Part shown: piece by piece, positions 43,096 to 56,955 of the stretch
Numbering within the stretch: the stretch's first letter is position 1
How the letters are laid out: each line of letters opens with the position of its first letter
Assembly (NCBI RefSeq): GCF_009914755.1
Contig: NC_060927.1
Direction: 5' to 3' (one strand)
Length of the DNA: 64,000 nucleotides
Source of the DNA: the human T2T-CHM13v2.0 reference genome, Homo sapiens
The notes under the pieces: model-generated
The model's input: only the letters and a program-made list of their open reading frames with translations
What the model was told of the DNA's origin: nothing
Database searches by the model: none
Position numbers and translations under genes: made by a program

Positions 43096-43530
43096 GCAAT
43101 TCTCAAACTTAAGCTGTCATCAGGATCACCTGGAGGGCTTGTCAAAACACAGATTTCTTGGCCCACTCTCAGATTCTGCTTCAGTAGTTCTGTGGTGAGG
43201 CCTGAGAAATTGTGTTTCCAATAAGTTCCCAGGTGAGGCTAAGGCTAATGTTGCATTTCTGGGACTATACTTTGAGACTCGTTGGTCTAGTGGAAGGCAG
43301 TAGACCAGAGCAATAAATCCCATGGACTTTGGTGATAGGCCCAGATTTCAGCCCTGACTTTGGCACTTATGAGCTGTGTAACTTGGATAAGTTAGGGATC
43401 AATTTTGTCATCCATAAAATGGTAATTATATCTATTAAGAATATTGAATGAAATAATGCATGTTAAGTGTTTGGAACAATGCTTAGCATATTATGAACTC
43501 TCATTAAATGCAATATCAGTAACTAATTGT
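43096..43530. mobile_element. MER5A (about 43096-43285) followed by MIR (about 43290-43530)
   Basis: ttctcaaactt...gatcacctggagggcttgtcaaaacacagatt...ctttgaga; then cacttatgagctgtgtaacttggataagtta. Confidence 0.8.
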
Positions 43531-43630
43531 GATGGTAGTAAGAGTGGTAGTCATAGAAGTAGTGGTTAATGGTAATAAAAAAGAATATACACATTTGCCT
43601 TAGTTCAATTGCATTAAAAGTTTATTGGTC

Positions 43631-43935
<305 letters not shown>

Positions 43936-44146
43936 AAAAGTTTATTAGTCTTTCTAAGGAATGATGGATGGAGAGCTTGGCTTTCATTGATCATTTTGTC
44001 TATGATAAACATTCTGCACAAGACATCAGTAAAAAGAAGTAATGCCCCTAGTGAAAGCACTTTCAAGAGCATTTTGGAGATTATTATCTAGATTGCAGTT
44101 TAAACAAAAGTTTCTCTATTTGTACAATGTTTCTCAATACTCAGAA

Positions 44147-44177
44147 CTTACCATATTTGTTACTTTCCTTCCCTTAG
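44147..44177 (+). promoter_or_regulatory. 3' splice site of the RBMS3 exon (candidate branch point, polypyrimidine tract, AG)
   Basis: cttAc at 44147-44151 (A about 28 nt upstream of the exon), then a pyrimidine tract and TAG. Confidence 0.7.
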
Positions 44178-44335
44178 CAACAAGAGCAAGACCCAACAAA
44201 CCTATACATCTCAAATCTCCCCATTTCTATGGATGAGCAGGAGCTTGAGAATATGCTGAAACCCTTTGGACATGTCATTTCCACAAGAATACTAAGAGAC
44301 GCTAATGGAGTCAGCAGAGGTGTTGGCTTTGCCAG
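44178..44335 (+). CDS. RBMS3: Internal coding exon of RBMS3 (RNA-binding motif single-stranded interacting protein 3), first part of RRM2; probably exon 5
   Basis: The pyrimidine tract tactttccttcccttAG (AG 44176-44177) is followed by 52 open codons plus 2 nt, [53 protein letters not shown], then the donor AG|GTAAA at 44336. It has RNP2 (LYISNL) and the start of RNP1 (RGVGFAR). Residues PISM, GHVIS and DANGVS match recalled RBMS3 rather than RBMS1 (PLSM, GQVIS, DSSGTS). Phase 0 to phase 2. Absent from the ORF track. Confidence 0.95.
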
Positions 44336-45213
44336 GTAAAATTCTTTCTTTGTATGTAATCGTTCTTTCCTCATTGTTCCTTTTAAATTCCATTCCTTTT
44401 TTAGTACTAGAGCCCAAAGCAATAGAATATGCAAAAAAAAAAAAAAAAATTAAAAGTAGCTTATCAAATCTGTCATCCCTCTGTGTCTTTGCTTGGAGCT
44501 AAATAATTTCAATGTAATTATAAATAAACTGTGCTTGTTCAAATGTACGTAGAATGTGTTTATGTGTCTTGAGTCATAATAACATACATACTCAGTTCCC
44601 AGTCCTCTCTGTGCCTGTGGATCAACAAAATCAGATGCTGCCAATACCTGACAGAGACAATAAATGCCCAGTACCCCAAAGCAAAAGAGCCCATGTGGTG
44701 AACAAAGCATCTAAGTGTTTTTGCATTGATTTCCAAAAAAGGGTGCTAGCATTTCTCAGTAAAGAGAAAATAAAAGAAAGGAAACATTTAGAGAAACAGG
44801 AATTACTGAGAAGACCCAACAAACTCAGAAATACAAGGGAGGTCAAGAAGCCATTTGCATTTAAGAGGCCCTGGCTATGTTTTTGATATTTTAGGCAGAA
44901 CAGGGGAAAAAAAAATATTCCTTTCATTGTAAGAAAAGGAAGAGTAATTTTCATTTTAACTTTGAAGGAATGTTTACAAAAGAGGATTTCAGCCAGGAAT
45001 GGAGTTTAAATAGTTGTACCTGCTGTGCTTTCATGAAAAACAAAGCTAAAGAGACCACAGAGTAAAAGAAACTGCTCAATGACAATGAAGAAAAATAAGT
45101 CTTGTCTCTATGGCTTGGTACATTTATGTGTGTCTCCAGCTGATTTATCATGGATGAATGGATGGATGTTAAGTGTTATGTGGAAGTCAGCCCATTGCAG
45201 ACAAGTTTGTTCA

Positions 45214-45531
<318 letters not shown>

Positions 45532-46128
45532 CTAACTTCCGTTAACTCACTTTAGAAGATAACAAATCGTCATGTATATGTTAACTAATCTCTAACTTTA
45601 TTTCCTTGGAGTTGTGGTTGTGGACCATGTGTGAAAATTCTTCTTATTCTCCATAATGTATACATAGTAAACCAGGAGACAAATGGAAGGTACATGCTTG
45701 ATGATTTGAATAGAAATAAACAGAATGAAGAAAATCTCCCTGACTTGAATGTGTGCATGAGGTATTCAGGCTTTCAGGACATTGACAACTGTTGATTTTC
45801 ATGGCCAAGGCAGAGCTTATGACACTACTTGGATCTCTGAATTTAGCCAATGCAGTCATTCTTATATAGTGTGCAACTAGCTATTGGAGGCCTGAGCGAT
45901 GTGGGAGTTCACTGAACCAACTGTCATGTTTTACTTTACATACCATACACATTCCTTTGGTTCTTCCCCCATCCCTTGCCCTCCAAAAACTCTCCAATAA
46001 ATTAGTTTCTCCTTCATTTGGACTCTTGCTGGGAAATAAATGCATTTCAAATTCATTAAGAGCACATATTTCCAAGAAGACCTACAGTGATATTTTTTTC
46101 TTTAAACAAAGGATGTGTTCGTACAAAG

Positions 46129-46510
46129 TATATTAGTTTCCTAGGTCTGTCATAACAAAATGTCACGGAACAGTGGCTCATACAACATGAATTTATTTTC
46201 TCACAATTTTGGAGGCTAGAAGTCAGAGGTCAAGATGTCTTTATAGCTGGCTTCTTGTGACACCTTTCTTCTTGGCTTGTAAATGGCTGTGTTCCCCTTC
46301 TGTCCTCACATGGTCTTCCTTCTGTGCATGCCTGTGTCTTAATCTCTTAAGAGCACCAAGTCATATTGCAATAGGGCCCACCCTAATGGCCTCATTTTAA
46401 CTTAATTACCCCTTTAAAGGGGTAATTACAAATACAGTCACATTCTGAGGTATTGGGGGTTAGGACTTCAACATATGAGTTTTGTCGGGTACACAATTCA
46501 GTTCATAACA
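46129..46510 (-). mobile_element. MLT1A-type MaLR solo LTR
   Basis: tattagtttcctagg...ggttaggacttcaacatatga...caattcagttcataaca; perfect 5-bp TSD caaag. Confidence 0.9.
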
Positions 46511-46739
46511 CAAAGATTGAACTATTCATTTCTCTCCCATTTATCTTTTCTATACAATGAGAGTTTGCTTAAAATGAGGCATATTTTTCTTAAGTACAGA
46601 GTCAAGTAATATATATTCTAAAAGGCAGAACTATAATGCTGGTATATGAGATCATGAAAGAATAAAACTTACAAAGTTATTTTTCTTTAGGAACTGAGGG
46701 AGGGTGGGAATTTTACATTTTAGCTCTATTCTGAATGCA

Positions 46740-47220
46740 GCCTCTCTCTCTCCTCTGTTGCATTTTGCATATAGAAGCCACAGTGAGCCCTTCAATATTC
46801 AAATCTCATCATGTCAGGGTCCTGCTTACAATCCTTCAACATTTCACTTGCCAACCTCTCCAGCATCATTCTTGATATTGCTCGCCTTCCTGGCTTTGAC
46901 TCTGTCTCATGTTCAGGCACAAGCTGCCCTTCTTGCCTGGTTATACTTTCCATGGCTCTTCTCCTGACTTCTGCCTGCTCATCTCTCAGGCAATGGCTTA
47001 AACATCTTTTCTTCAAAGAATTTTTCGCTGACCTCCAATCTTTGGCTTTGGACAAAGTTAGGTGCTCTTGTTATAGCTCCTATAAAAGTTTTGTTTTTTC
47101 TTTCAAATAAAATATATCACGATTACAATGAATTCATTGTTTAATTTCTGTCTTCACCAAATGGATTGTACATTTCCTTGGGTCAAGTTTTCTTTTTCTT
47201 TGTTGGATGGATGACTAGAT
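46740..47220 (+). mobile_element. L2 fragment
   Basis: agccacagtgagc...tcaaatctcatcatgtca...atctctcagg...gcttaaacatc. Confidence 0.6.
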
Positions 47221-47881
47221 ATGTGGCTAGTGGATTTCATAATTACCGTTCTGTGAAGTTTCAGAATAGCTAAATTCATTGGTCTTTTACAACTTTGAGC
47301 TTCAAATATGAATTAGCAGTCACATTCCAATTCTGAAATTTAGGTATCTGTATTTCAGAAAGTGCCATGTGGACTGAAAAGGCAAACATAGGTTCAAGTC
47401 AAGCCACTGATTTCTTATGCCTAAGAAATAAAAATGAAGTGTGAGTCTGACTATCTTTTGAAAGAAGCCAGGAAACCGACACAGAAAAAGTATTTCGTTC
47501 TCCATGTATCTTAGATTTTAAATTTTGAGGAGCAGAATCCCATATAATTAGCCTAATTTGATGGGGTGAGAATATATTTTTAGCTGTACCATAAATAGAT
47601 CTGCCCAAATTCCTACTTCCCTATAACATTGGCTGTGCATTTTCTCAAGCAATTATGGCTTTTGCCTTAACTAATTTGATCATTCACAACTTAATTCTTG
47701 CACAAATGTTTCTCCTTTTAAAAATATTATCCTGTCCCTTTTCCACTCTGCTTTTCTCATCTGAAATTTTCCCTCTGAACCACAAAACAGAGATGATTTC
47801 AGTCACCATTTTCTTGATTCTTCCAAGAATAGCACATAGCAAGTGAGAGAAATTATTGTATTACATGAAGATGTCTTGGGA

Positions 47882-48550
47882 CAGTGGTTCTCAAAGTGTG
47901 GTTCCCAGATCAGCAGCTTCAGTGCTTCCTAAAAACTTGTTAGAAATGCAAATTTCCTGCCCCCAATCTACCGAATTAACAGTCTGGTGGTGAGGGTGTT
48001 CAGCAGTCTGTAATCTGTGTACTAACAAGCACTTTAGATGACTCTAAAAGCACTCTAAAGCTTTGCCTTAGGTCATTAGTACTTGTTCTTAGGACCACCT
48101 GAATGATCTGTTAAAACTCTGATTGCTGGGCCCACTCTTAAAGTTTCTGATCCAGTTGGCTTGGGGTGAGACTCAATTATTTGCATTTCTTTTTTTTTTT
48201 TTTAAATTTTATTATTATTATACTTTGAATTTTAGGGTACATGTGCACAATGTGCAGGTTTGTTAGATATGTATACATGTGCCATGTTGGTATGCTGCAC
48301 CCATTAACTCGTCATTTAGCATTAGGTATATCTCCTAATGCTATCCCTCCCCCCTCCCCCCACCCCACAACAGTCCCCGGAGTGTGATGTTCCCCTTCCT
48401 GTGTCCATGTGTTCTCATTGTTCAATTCCCACCAATGAGTGAGAACATGCGGTGTTTGGTTTTTTGTCCTTGCAATTATTTGCATTTCTAACAAGTTTCC
48501 AGGTGATACTGACACTGCTGATATGGGAACCACCCTTTGAGAACTATTGC
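47882..48550. mobile_element. Two adjacent MER5A MITEs, the second split by an L1
   Basis: cagtggttctcaaagtgtggttcccaga...; ...tgcatttctaacaagtttccaggtgatactga...ctttgagaac. Confidence 0.85.
48191..48472 (-). mobile_element. Short L1PA (L1PA4/5-like) 3' end
   Basis: Antisense 3'UTR with T tail; perfect 17-bp TSD caattatttgcatttct (48174-48190, 48473-48489). Confidence 0.95.
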
Positions 48551-48960
48551 TTTAAAGTTGTCTGTGATTTTTCCAGGTGGAGTTGATTCCTGTTGATGCC
48601 TGATTTACATTGTTTTACTTTCTCAAAATTACTAATAAGGAACTATCCCCCTTCCTGTTCCTCAAGGGTAGAGGCCATGCCTTCTTCTTTATATCTGTCC
48701 AGTACTTAGAATATTGACACATAATTGATCTTGAGCAAATTTCTTATGATAAATAAATGAAATCACTTTAAGGTTTTGGGTTTTTTTAAATATAGCAATA
48801 TGCAGAAAGACATTTGATGATAATGATAAACCAATTGTGAGATAGAGTACTGGAATATTAGAAAAATCTGTGGTAGCACCAACCCAACTGGTATTAGCTC
48901 ACAAATTGTTTCTTCCTCTAGGAGTTTACAGTTCCACAGGCATTATTAAAAGAATATGCC

Positions 48961-49287
<327 letters not shown>

Positions 49288-51815
49288 CTAGCCAATAATT
49301 GTGTCTAGTAAATTGTTGTACATATCTCTTGAATGTATGACTGTTTCAATTCAGAAAACCTGAATAATTTTTTCAGTGGACTTCATTTTGAATGTTACTA
49401 TTGGTGACTTCTAACCATCATATGTGGTCCTTAATTCATGTACAAGGGATTCCAAAATTCCTTTGACTGGAAAGAACCCCCCCGCCTCAATTATTATTTT
49501 ACTTGCGACTATACATTAATCTTCTTTGATAACCATCTCTTCAAAGTAAAAGGAGTATCTTCATTTTATATTTAAAACGCTGAATTTCAAAGCATTGATT
49601 TGAATGCCAGTGGGGCGCACAGACAGCAAAATTACAGGCTTTTCAAAGTTCCAGAAGCACAAGATAGTGTCTGAAATTACAGACATTTTATTTTATTTTG
49701 TGTGTGTGTGTTTTTTTTTACTCTCTTGTAACTTAAAACAATTTTGTAAGATCCACCCCCCTCCAGGCAGCATTTTATAGCCAATTTATAAACCTCTAAA
49801 AACCGAAGTTTATGGTGGGAATGCTGACAGTCAGCCCCACTACTGCAGAGCTAGTGAATGCCAACAGAGTACCTTGCCTGCGAGGGTAAGGATCAGAGCG
49901 TAAATCATCCAGAGTCTGGAGGGCCATGACTGTGTGTTCATGTTATCCATTTCCCATTTCCAGAAACATGAGACTGATTGTCCAGCAAAAATCACATTGA
50001 GAGGGTGTTATGAGAGGTCAGTAAAGAATGACCCAAAGTGGGGAAGTGATGGGTGGGGGACAGGGGGAGCAGGGGGAGCATTCACAATTAATCCAGCTTC
50101 AACATCTGGGAACATAGAACCTCTTTAAGCAATGCATTTACTATCCCCTGGTGAGCTAAAGAGCGTGAGAGACCACTGAACAGAGAGACCTTTGTGTTTT
50201 GTAGTATTTTTTGCCCTTCCTCAATACTCTTAATCTGATTCTCATGGAGCTTTGTTTGAATGACTTCTAACATATGGGCAGCCCTGTGTTCTACCTCTCC
50301 CTACTGAATGTGCAAGTTTTCTAAATAAATAATTTAAGTTTTTCTTTCTTTTCATTAAGTAAAAAAAAAAAAGATGGGTATAGGCATACAAATACTAGCC
50401 TGCTTACTAAATATCAATCAGTATAAATAGCAGGTCTTTTTTGTGTTTTCTACTAATAACTTTGAATATTATTAAAATGTTATTTATTTACCTTCTACTG
50501 CCTGATACTTCTTGTTCTCTTCTTCCATCTGCTGAAATATAATGAGACCACAGAAACAGAATAATCATATGAAAATACAGGAATTTTAAAAAATATGTTA
50601 AATAACAATACTTTATTTGAAGGCAAATATATGACTCTTTAAAATGCCCATCAAGTCTATCAAATTTTTTTAAATTGTTTGGAATTGTTTGGAGTATTGT
50701 TTTGACTGTATCTGTCTTGAATCCATCACTGCAGTAACAATTTCTCCCTCGCTATTTTGGCAATCCTTTTGCCGTTACTATTTTAAACACATGAAACCAG
50801 GAAATCAAAAGTGACTAAGGCAAATCTCTAAAGTGTAAACTTAGTGATTAGTAATCTCCAAACTACAGCTGTGTTTGTACAGAAACAGGTTACAACTGTG
50901 TTTTCTGAGATTGAAGAGAATAAAGGTTGTATGTTTCATTCTTTTTGGTAATTTTAATTCTTCTTCTAATTGCCATCAGATGTGGTCTGCTGGAGAGTAT
51001 ACTCCTGGACCCCCTGCAGCTTCTTCATCTTTGTTCTTCTTTTGTGTGTCTCATCTTGTTTCTTCTCCTTGCCTCTTTGTCTTTCTCTTACCATCAGAAA
51101 GTCAAAATCACAGCTGGAGAGTGATGAACATTCTATTTTCTTTTTCATATATTCAGAGCCCTGGGTTTCAAAACCCTAACTAACCAGTGAACCAACCAAA
51201 CAAATAAATTGCATCAAATAACTTGTTATTCTGAAGTCTCCGAGACGGCAGTCTTGTTGTATATATGCCTTTATAAAAATCTAACAAAGGAGATACAATA
51301 TATACTTTATTGCTTTATTATTATAAAATAAAAATGACCACATACGAAATAATGCCCTCTGTGAAATGCGGAGAGAGTTCTGAAAAATTATTTACCTATA
51401 TAAAATGGAACTGGGGGAGCTTTGTTACCTCCAGATTAGAAATGGTGGCCATTCAGTATGCTCAGGGCTCATAACATGTCTTTGACCTGTACCTGCTGTA
51501 AACACAAAGCATGTCAAGGACTATTGGAGCATCCAGAAAAGTGGGGACATTGGAGGCAGCTAGTCTGCTTCTGGCCAATAGAAAAGTAAGAGGTGGAAAT
51601 ATAGCCCAATATCATTTGAGCCTCTTTTATTTAGTATATTTTCTACACTCTCAGCTTTCTGTGAATTGGGCCAATACATTTATTCTCTGTATCTCTATGG
51701 TTATAAACATGGTTCTACATGGGTCTGAAATAACTTAGCTTACATCTTAGTTCTGCACCTCTTACTTGTGTTCTTGGGGCAGTTATATAAACTCTCTGAG
51801 CCTCTTTTCCTGACA

Positions 51816-51853
51816 TCTATCTATCTATCTATCTATCTAGGTAGGTAGGTAGG

Positions 51854-51906
<53 letters not shown>
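51816..51906. repeat. Compound STR (TCTA)6(GGTA)4(GATA)12
   Basis: Units counted directly from the sequence. Confidence 0.95.
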
Positions 51907-52038
51907 GTCAGGTCACTATTATCCAATACTGGCTTGGTCAATATTCCAGTAATTGTTATAGATGAAGTAATTCAGAGATGTACATACACCCACAAAAAAA
52001 ATCTGCTTTTACAGACCAACATTCTACTGGATTGGGGA

Positions 52039-52421
52039 TGATGCAGGATTTTTGCTCCTTAGTTCAACTAAATCTGGGTTCTTTTCTCATGACCAGGAAA
52101 AATTAGGCATGTGGATACACTGAAGTGTGAAAAGGGCAGAATTTATTAAGTGAAAGGAAAACTCTCAGCAAAGAAAGGGGTAGTATAGCCCTAGGTAGTA
52201 TTGGAAAAGGCAACATTCGTTTGGTTAAAAGGCATTATTCAGAAAGAATCAATCAGGAAAGAGCGGGCAAACAGGGGCAGAAGTTGTCCCTCTGGGTCAC
52301 AGGTTTCAGTTGGAACAAGCAGTCATGTCTTTCAGCCTTCAGGCTGTTTTAGGCTTGAAGGTGGTGTTTCACCAGGGACCCTTCCCTATCTGCCTAGGTA
52401 ATTTGCCTGCTGCCTCTATCA
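52039..52421 (-). mobile_element. ERV1 solo LTR (MER61-like)
   Basis: TGATGCAGGATTTTTGCTCCTTAG...CTCTATCA; perfect 4-bp TSD ggga. Confidence 0.8.
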
Positions 52422-52429
52422 GGGAGATG

Positions 52430-52766
52430 ACAATAAGTATGTAATAAACAAATAATCAAACATCAGATAATGAAAATATTACAAAAACACCCCAAACATA
52501 GGGGTGTAATAGAGAGTATGGGGCAATAGGAAGCAAGAGGTAAGAGACTGATGTTCTGTCTTCAGAGGGAACATTGAAACTAAAATACAAATCAGAAAGA
52601 ACCAGCCAAGAAAATCTCTTAGTGGGAGTAGGGAGGCAAGAGAACAATCCTGGCAAAGAGAAAAGGAAGTAGAAAACCTAAGGTGGGGCCAAGTTTGGCA
52701 TGTTTGGGAAATAGAAAGGAAACAAAATTGTGAAACATCGAGTAAGGGAAAGAGGTGTAATAGGTA
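52430..52766 (-). mobile_element. L2 fragment
   Basis: gagaacaatcctggcaaagag...agtttggcatgtttgggaaatagaaagga. Confidence 0.65.
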
Positions 52767-54996
52767 ATAATGTCAGCCTTAAATAATGAGATTCAGAAAA
52801 TATGATTAAGTACAGAGTTTATTTGAGCTCAGAGCTTGAAGATGGCCACTCAGGAGTGTAGATTCAAGTTGCCCTGGATATACAGTCCAATTAGCAGTAG
52901 TTACAAGTGGGTCTTGAAAGGAAAAAAGAAGCAGTTTTTAGTTTTTGCTAAGAATATACATTAAAGTAATGTATTGATTGGCTATTCATGGTTCTTTGTA
53001 TCACAGATTCCAAGAACATGAAGATAATGGTAGAGGCAGCTAATTAGGAACAAAAATGCCTTTAAAAAATTACCCTGGGCATGGATGCTGTGAGGAGGGG
53101 CATGATCAAAAGTCTCCAACTCATGGCTCTCTGGGTTGGATAAATTTTGCATACCTCACATAGCTCAGCCTGATCTGAGTTTTCTCATTTCCCTCCATTT
53201 CATCAAGATGTTTTGAAGAAAGCATAGTAGATGAACTAAAAGCATTTTGACTCCTTAGTCCTATATCATAAGGAAGGTTCATTCCCAAATGGTTCTGTCC
53301 CACCCAGGTGGGAGTGTGGGGAAGCACCAGGGGAGAGAATACATCTCAGTAAGAAATTTTAAGTGTGCCTAAAGCTGAATTGGAATGGTATCACAGGGTG
53401 GCAAAAATGAGACTTCAGCCAAATCTCAGTCAACTTATTTATATAGTTGCTGTCACTTATTGAATCATCCTGGTCTTTAGAATATTATGACTTTAATTTT
53501 CTCAGAAGCAGTAAAACAATGAGAGATACATATTGCAAGTAAGGATTACCATTACAAAAAGAGAACATGTATTCCAAAATGAAAAAGGAAACCTGTTCCA
53601 CTGGTGAGTCCACTGAAAACATCCTGAAGAAAATTAAACCCTTGTCCTTTAGAGACTCATAGATAGGAAATAATTCTGGATTTAGTCTAAAATATAGGAA
53701 AATCATAAAAACTCAAAAACAATAGTCAGTGCTGGAATCTAATAGCAGGTGTGCTATAGTTTTCTTCTGAAACATTATTTTTCTCTCTCCAGTTCCCCAT
53801 GTAAACCAAGGATAATTCTTAGTCTGATCAATTTATTTGCAAAATAAGTTTTAGTAGTGCTCTTGGCCTGATTATTTGTATAAAGTGTAACAAGAATAAT
53901 GAATGGCCATATAGGCTCCTTTAAGTTGGCTTTGCTAGAACTTTTTCATAAGGAATCTCAAATTAGATTTTTAAAAGCCTCTTGAGGCTAGGAAAACAAG
54001 CCAAGGATTTGCTGTCAGGTTGTGCCTGTAATACCTATATGAATTGGGTAAAGTCCTCTCTTCTTGAGGTCCCAAAATATCTTGAGGTTCCTGGACCTGT
54101 CAGAAAGTGATATTCTTTACTTATCATAAGGTCAGGAACCTTGTAAGAGAACCATGTAAAAATGTATCATGCCAGTCTTTTCCAGAGGCCTTTTATTGGG
54201 TTTCTAAAGTCAACTTCAATTCCTCAAAGCAATCTGGTCATATCTAAAAATATGCCATTCCAATAAAAGCTTTGGAAAAATTACCAGTGTTCAATGTGTC
54301 CTGATACCAAAAAACAAACATATTCTTATTGAACTTATGCAAATAACTATATTGCCATAAAACAAGAATACTCATTATTAGTTTCCATATTTTGAAGAAA
54401 TCAGCTAAAGAGAAAAGTGAACATTTCAATTTTGCTTGCAAATGTATACTTTACCCCGTTGCTATAAGCTATGAATAGCTGAAAAGAAAATAAGACAAAA
54501 TATAAAAGGGTCAGTAATGTTGCAAACAAAAAAGTCATAAAAATCATTTTAGTCCTCTATCAGTTCAGTAAATTGAAATAACTTTTGATTGACGTTGAGT
54601 TAGCAATCTTCATTAATGTATCAGCTTTTTAATTAGAGTTCTGGCAGATTTTACTTAGTCCAAAAGTAAGATCTCTAAAGTTATCAGAAATCTTTATTCA
54701 AGAATTCTTGTTGGGATTCTTTTCCACGAATTTTTTGAAGAATGGACTATAGCTGATTATAAATAACGTTTTGAGAAGACTTAAAGTAAAACGATAATTG
54801 TCTGTGGATGACAAAAAGAGTAGCCATGGTCAAAGATACAATTGACAAGAAATTTAATTATTTTTATGGCATAAAACAACGTAATGTAATAATCATAATT
54901 ATGTCTGATAGCATATATCAAGACATATCTGAATTTAAGAATCTCATATAATTTTGGAATACATGTTAATACATGTATACTAATATAACTCAAACC

Positions 54997-55207
54997 TATT
55001 TTTCTAACTTTTATTTTAAATTCAGGGGCACATGTGCAGGTTCGTTATATAGGTAAACTTGTGTCATGGGGGTTTGTTGTACAGATTACTTCATCACCCA
55101 TATATTAAGCCTAGTACCCATTAGTTATTTTTCTGATCCTCTCCTTCCTCCCACCTTCCACCTTCTGAAGGGCCCCAGTGTGTGTTGTTCCCCTCTATTT
55201 GCCCATA
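54997..55207 (-). mobile_element. L1 3' end (old L1PA13-16-like) nested in the ERV
   Basis: ttcaggggcacatgtgcagg...gtaaacttgtgtcatgggggtttgttgtacagatta. Confidence 0.85.
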
Positions 55208-56175
55208 TAAACAGCATTTCTTGTTTGACAATGCTTCCTATATGATTTTAACATACCAAATAAGTGTTATATGTCTCTCCTGGACTTCCAGGGGTTTCTC
55301 CTTTATGTCCAGGTTAGTACAAATTAAAAGATAATTTTAGAATTTGAAATTTAATTTTTGGAAATATGTAAAGTATTAAGGGTTTAAAACACTTGATATT
55401 GAAATTTAAAAATGTTTAAAACTCATGATCAAAATAGAATCTGAAGTCAATGCATAATAATAGTCATTTATTTTGTGAAAATGATAATTCAAAGGTTTCA
55501 GAAAGCAAAATTTTTTATTATTTGATAGGGAAGAGATTTAATACCCAATCAAGGGACCTAATAAAGACAACATGAGGGAAACTCTCCCTGCAGCTTAATT
55601 ATTTTACAGTTTACTCAAAAAGTAAACAAATCTTTTACTATCTCTTATTAATACTACACAAAATTCTTGTTCTAAGGAGAAAACCAAGTTTTACTTTTAG
55701 TGTGTTATCAATACTAAAGCTAATTTTAATAAAACATTATGACCAAATCTGTCCAATCTCAATCAGCTTTGACCTCACAAAATAAGATTTCCATAAACCT
55801 TTTATAACCTTTTGTAATTTTCTATTAAAAATGATCAGTATTTTGAGAAAACCCTGTGGCAACATAGGGGCACAGACTGTGGCCTTACATCAGTGTGCTT
55901 TTGATATTAATGCTCAGTTTTTAGAAAAACATATAAATAATTTCTAATTTTAGACAACTTGAACACACACAAAATTTCTTTCCCAAGATTAATCTTCCAC
56001 AAACCCTCTACAACTTGCTTAAAATGTTTTGCCACTACCTAAGCAAAAATTCTATGGATAAATACATAGGTATTTTCCTGATCAGAAGACAGCTATTTTC
56101 ACTAAACCAACAATATTAAACTAGTCTTAAAGATTTACTCAAATCATGTGAACTAAAAGGCACTTGAGCTGGTTT

Positions 56176-56955
56176 TGAGACAGGATAGTTCCCTTGGTAC
56201 CTTTGTGGGACTCACAAAGGGGCGGCTCAGTTAGGCAGCCCGCAGCACTCAAACCCCTTGTGGGAGGGTTAGCACGCAGGTGAGCTGGTGCAGGAGCCGG
56301 GGCAAGTGCCTTTGGGTGCCTGCAGGAACAAACACTGTACAGGCCCATGGCAGCGCCTAGGGGTTGCCTACGACCCCTGGAGCCCCAGAGGATGTGTGTT
56401 ATGGTGTGGTCCTTTAGCTTTGTCATCCATGGATGGCTTAAGTGTTTAACAGCTCAATGGGGAGTTAGTGTGACAGCCTCTTCCCCCTCACCTCAGTTCT
56501 TGTCTGGCATCCAGGAGGAGTGAGGTCACACGAACAATTTGGAGGGTGGTGAATGCAGAGGATTTTATCGTGTGGTGGAAGTAGTTCTCAGCAGGAAGGG
56601 GAGCTGGAAGGGCAATATAGTGGGAAGATAATCTTCCCCTGGAGTTGGGCCATCTGTGGCAGAACTCTTCTATGAAATTCTGCTGTCAAGCCATCCCTCG
56701 GAAGTCAAGCTGCTTCTTTCTGATATCCAGCTGGTTCCTCTTTTCTCCTTCCCTGCCAGTGGAGCTTGGAGTTTTTATGGGTACAGGGTGGAGGGTGGGG
56801 CCGGCCAGGGTAGTTTTGGAAAAGGCAACATTTGGGTGGGAAAACAGGGATGTGAAGTTTTCATTTAGGGCATTGGTTTTGGGCTTGAGGGTGGAGCCCT
56901 CGCCGGGGAACCACCATCTTCTACCCAGTATTTCCCTGCCTCCTGTCTGTATGTA
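56176..56955 (-). mobile_element. LTR1-family solo LTR nested in the ERV
   Basis: tgagacaggatagttcccttg...cttctacccagtatttccctgcctcctgtc; 4-bp TSD gttt. Confidence 0.82.

Noticed and set aside
44433-44449. A17 run 100 nt after the exon as a possible transcript end
   Set aside because: Genomically encoded A run with no upstream AATAAA; it would give oligo(dT) internal-priming artefacts.
44042-44502. Track ORFs overlapping the RBMS3 exon
   Set aside because: Wrong frame or strand; the true frame is set by the splice sites and begins at 44178.
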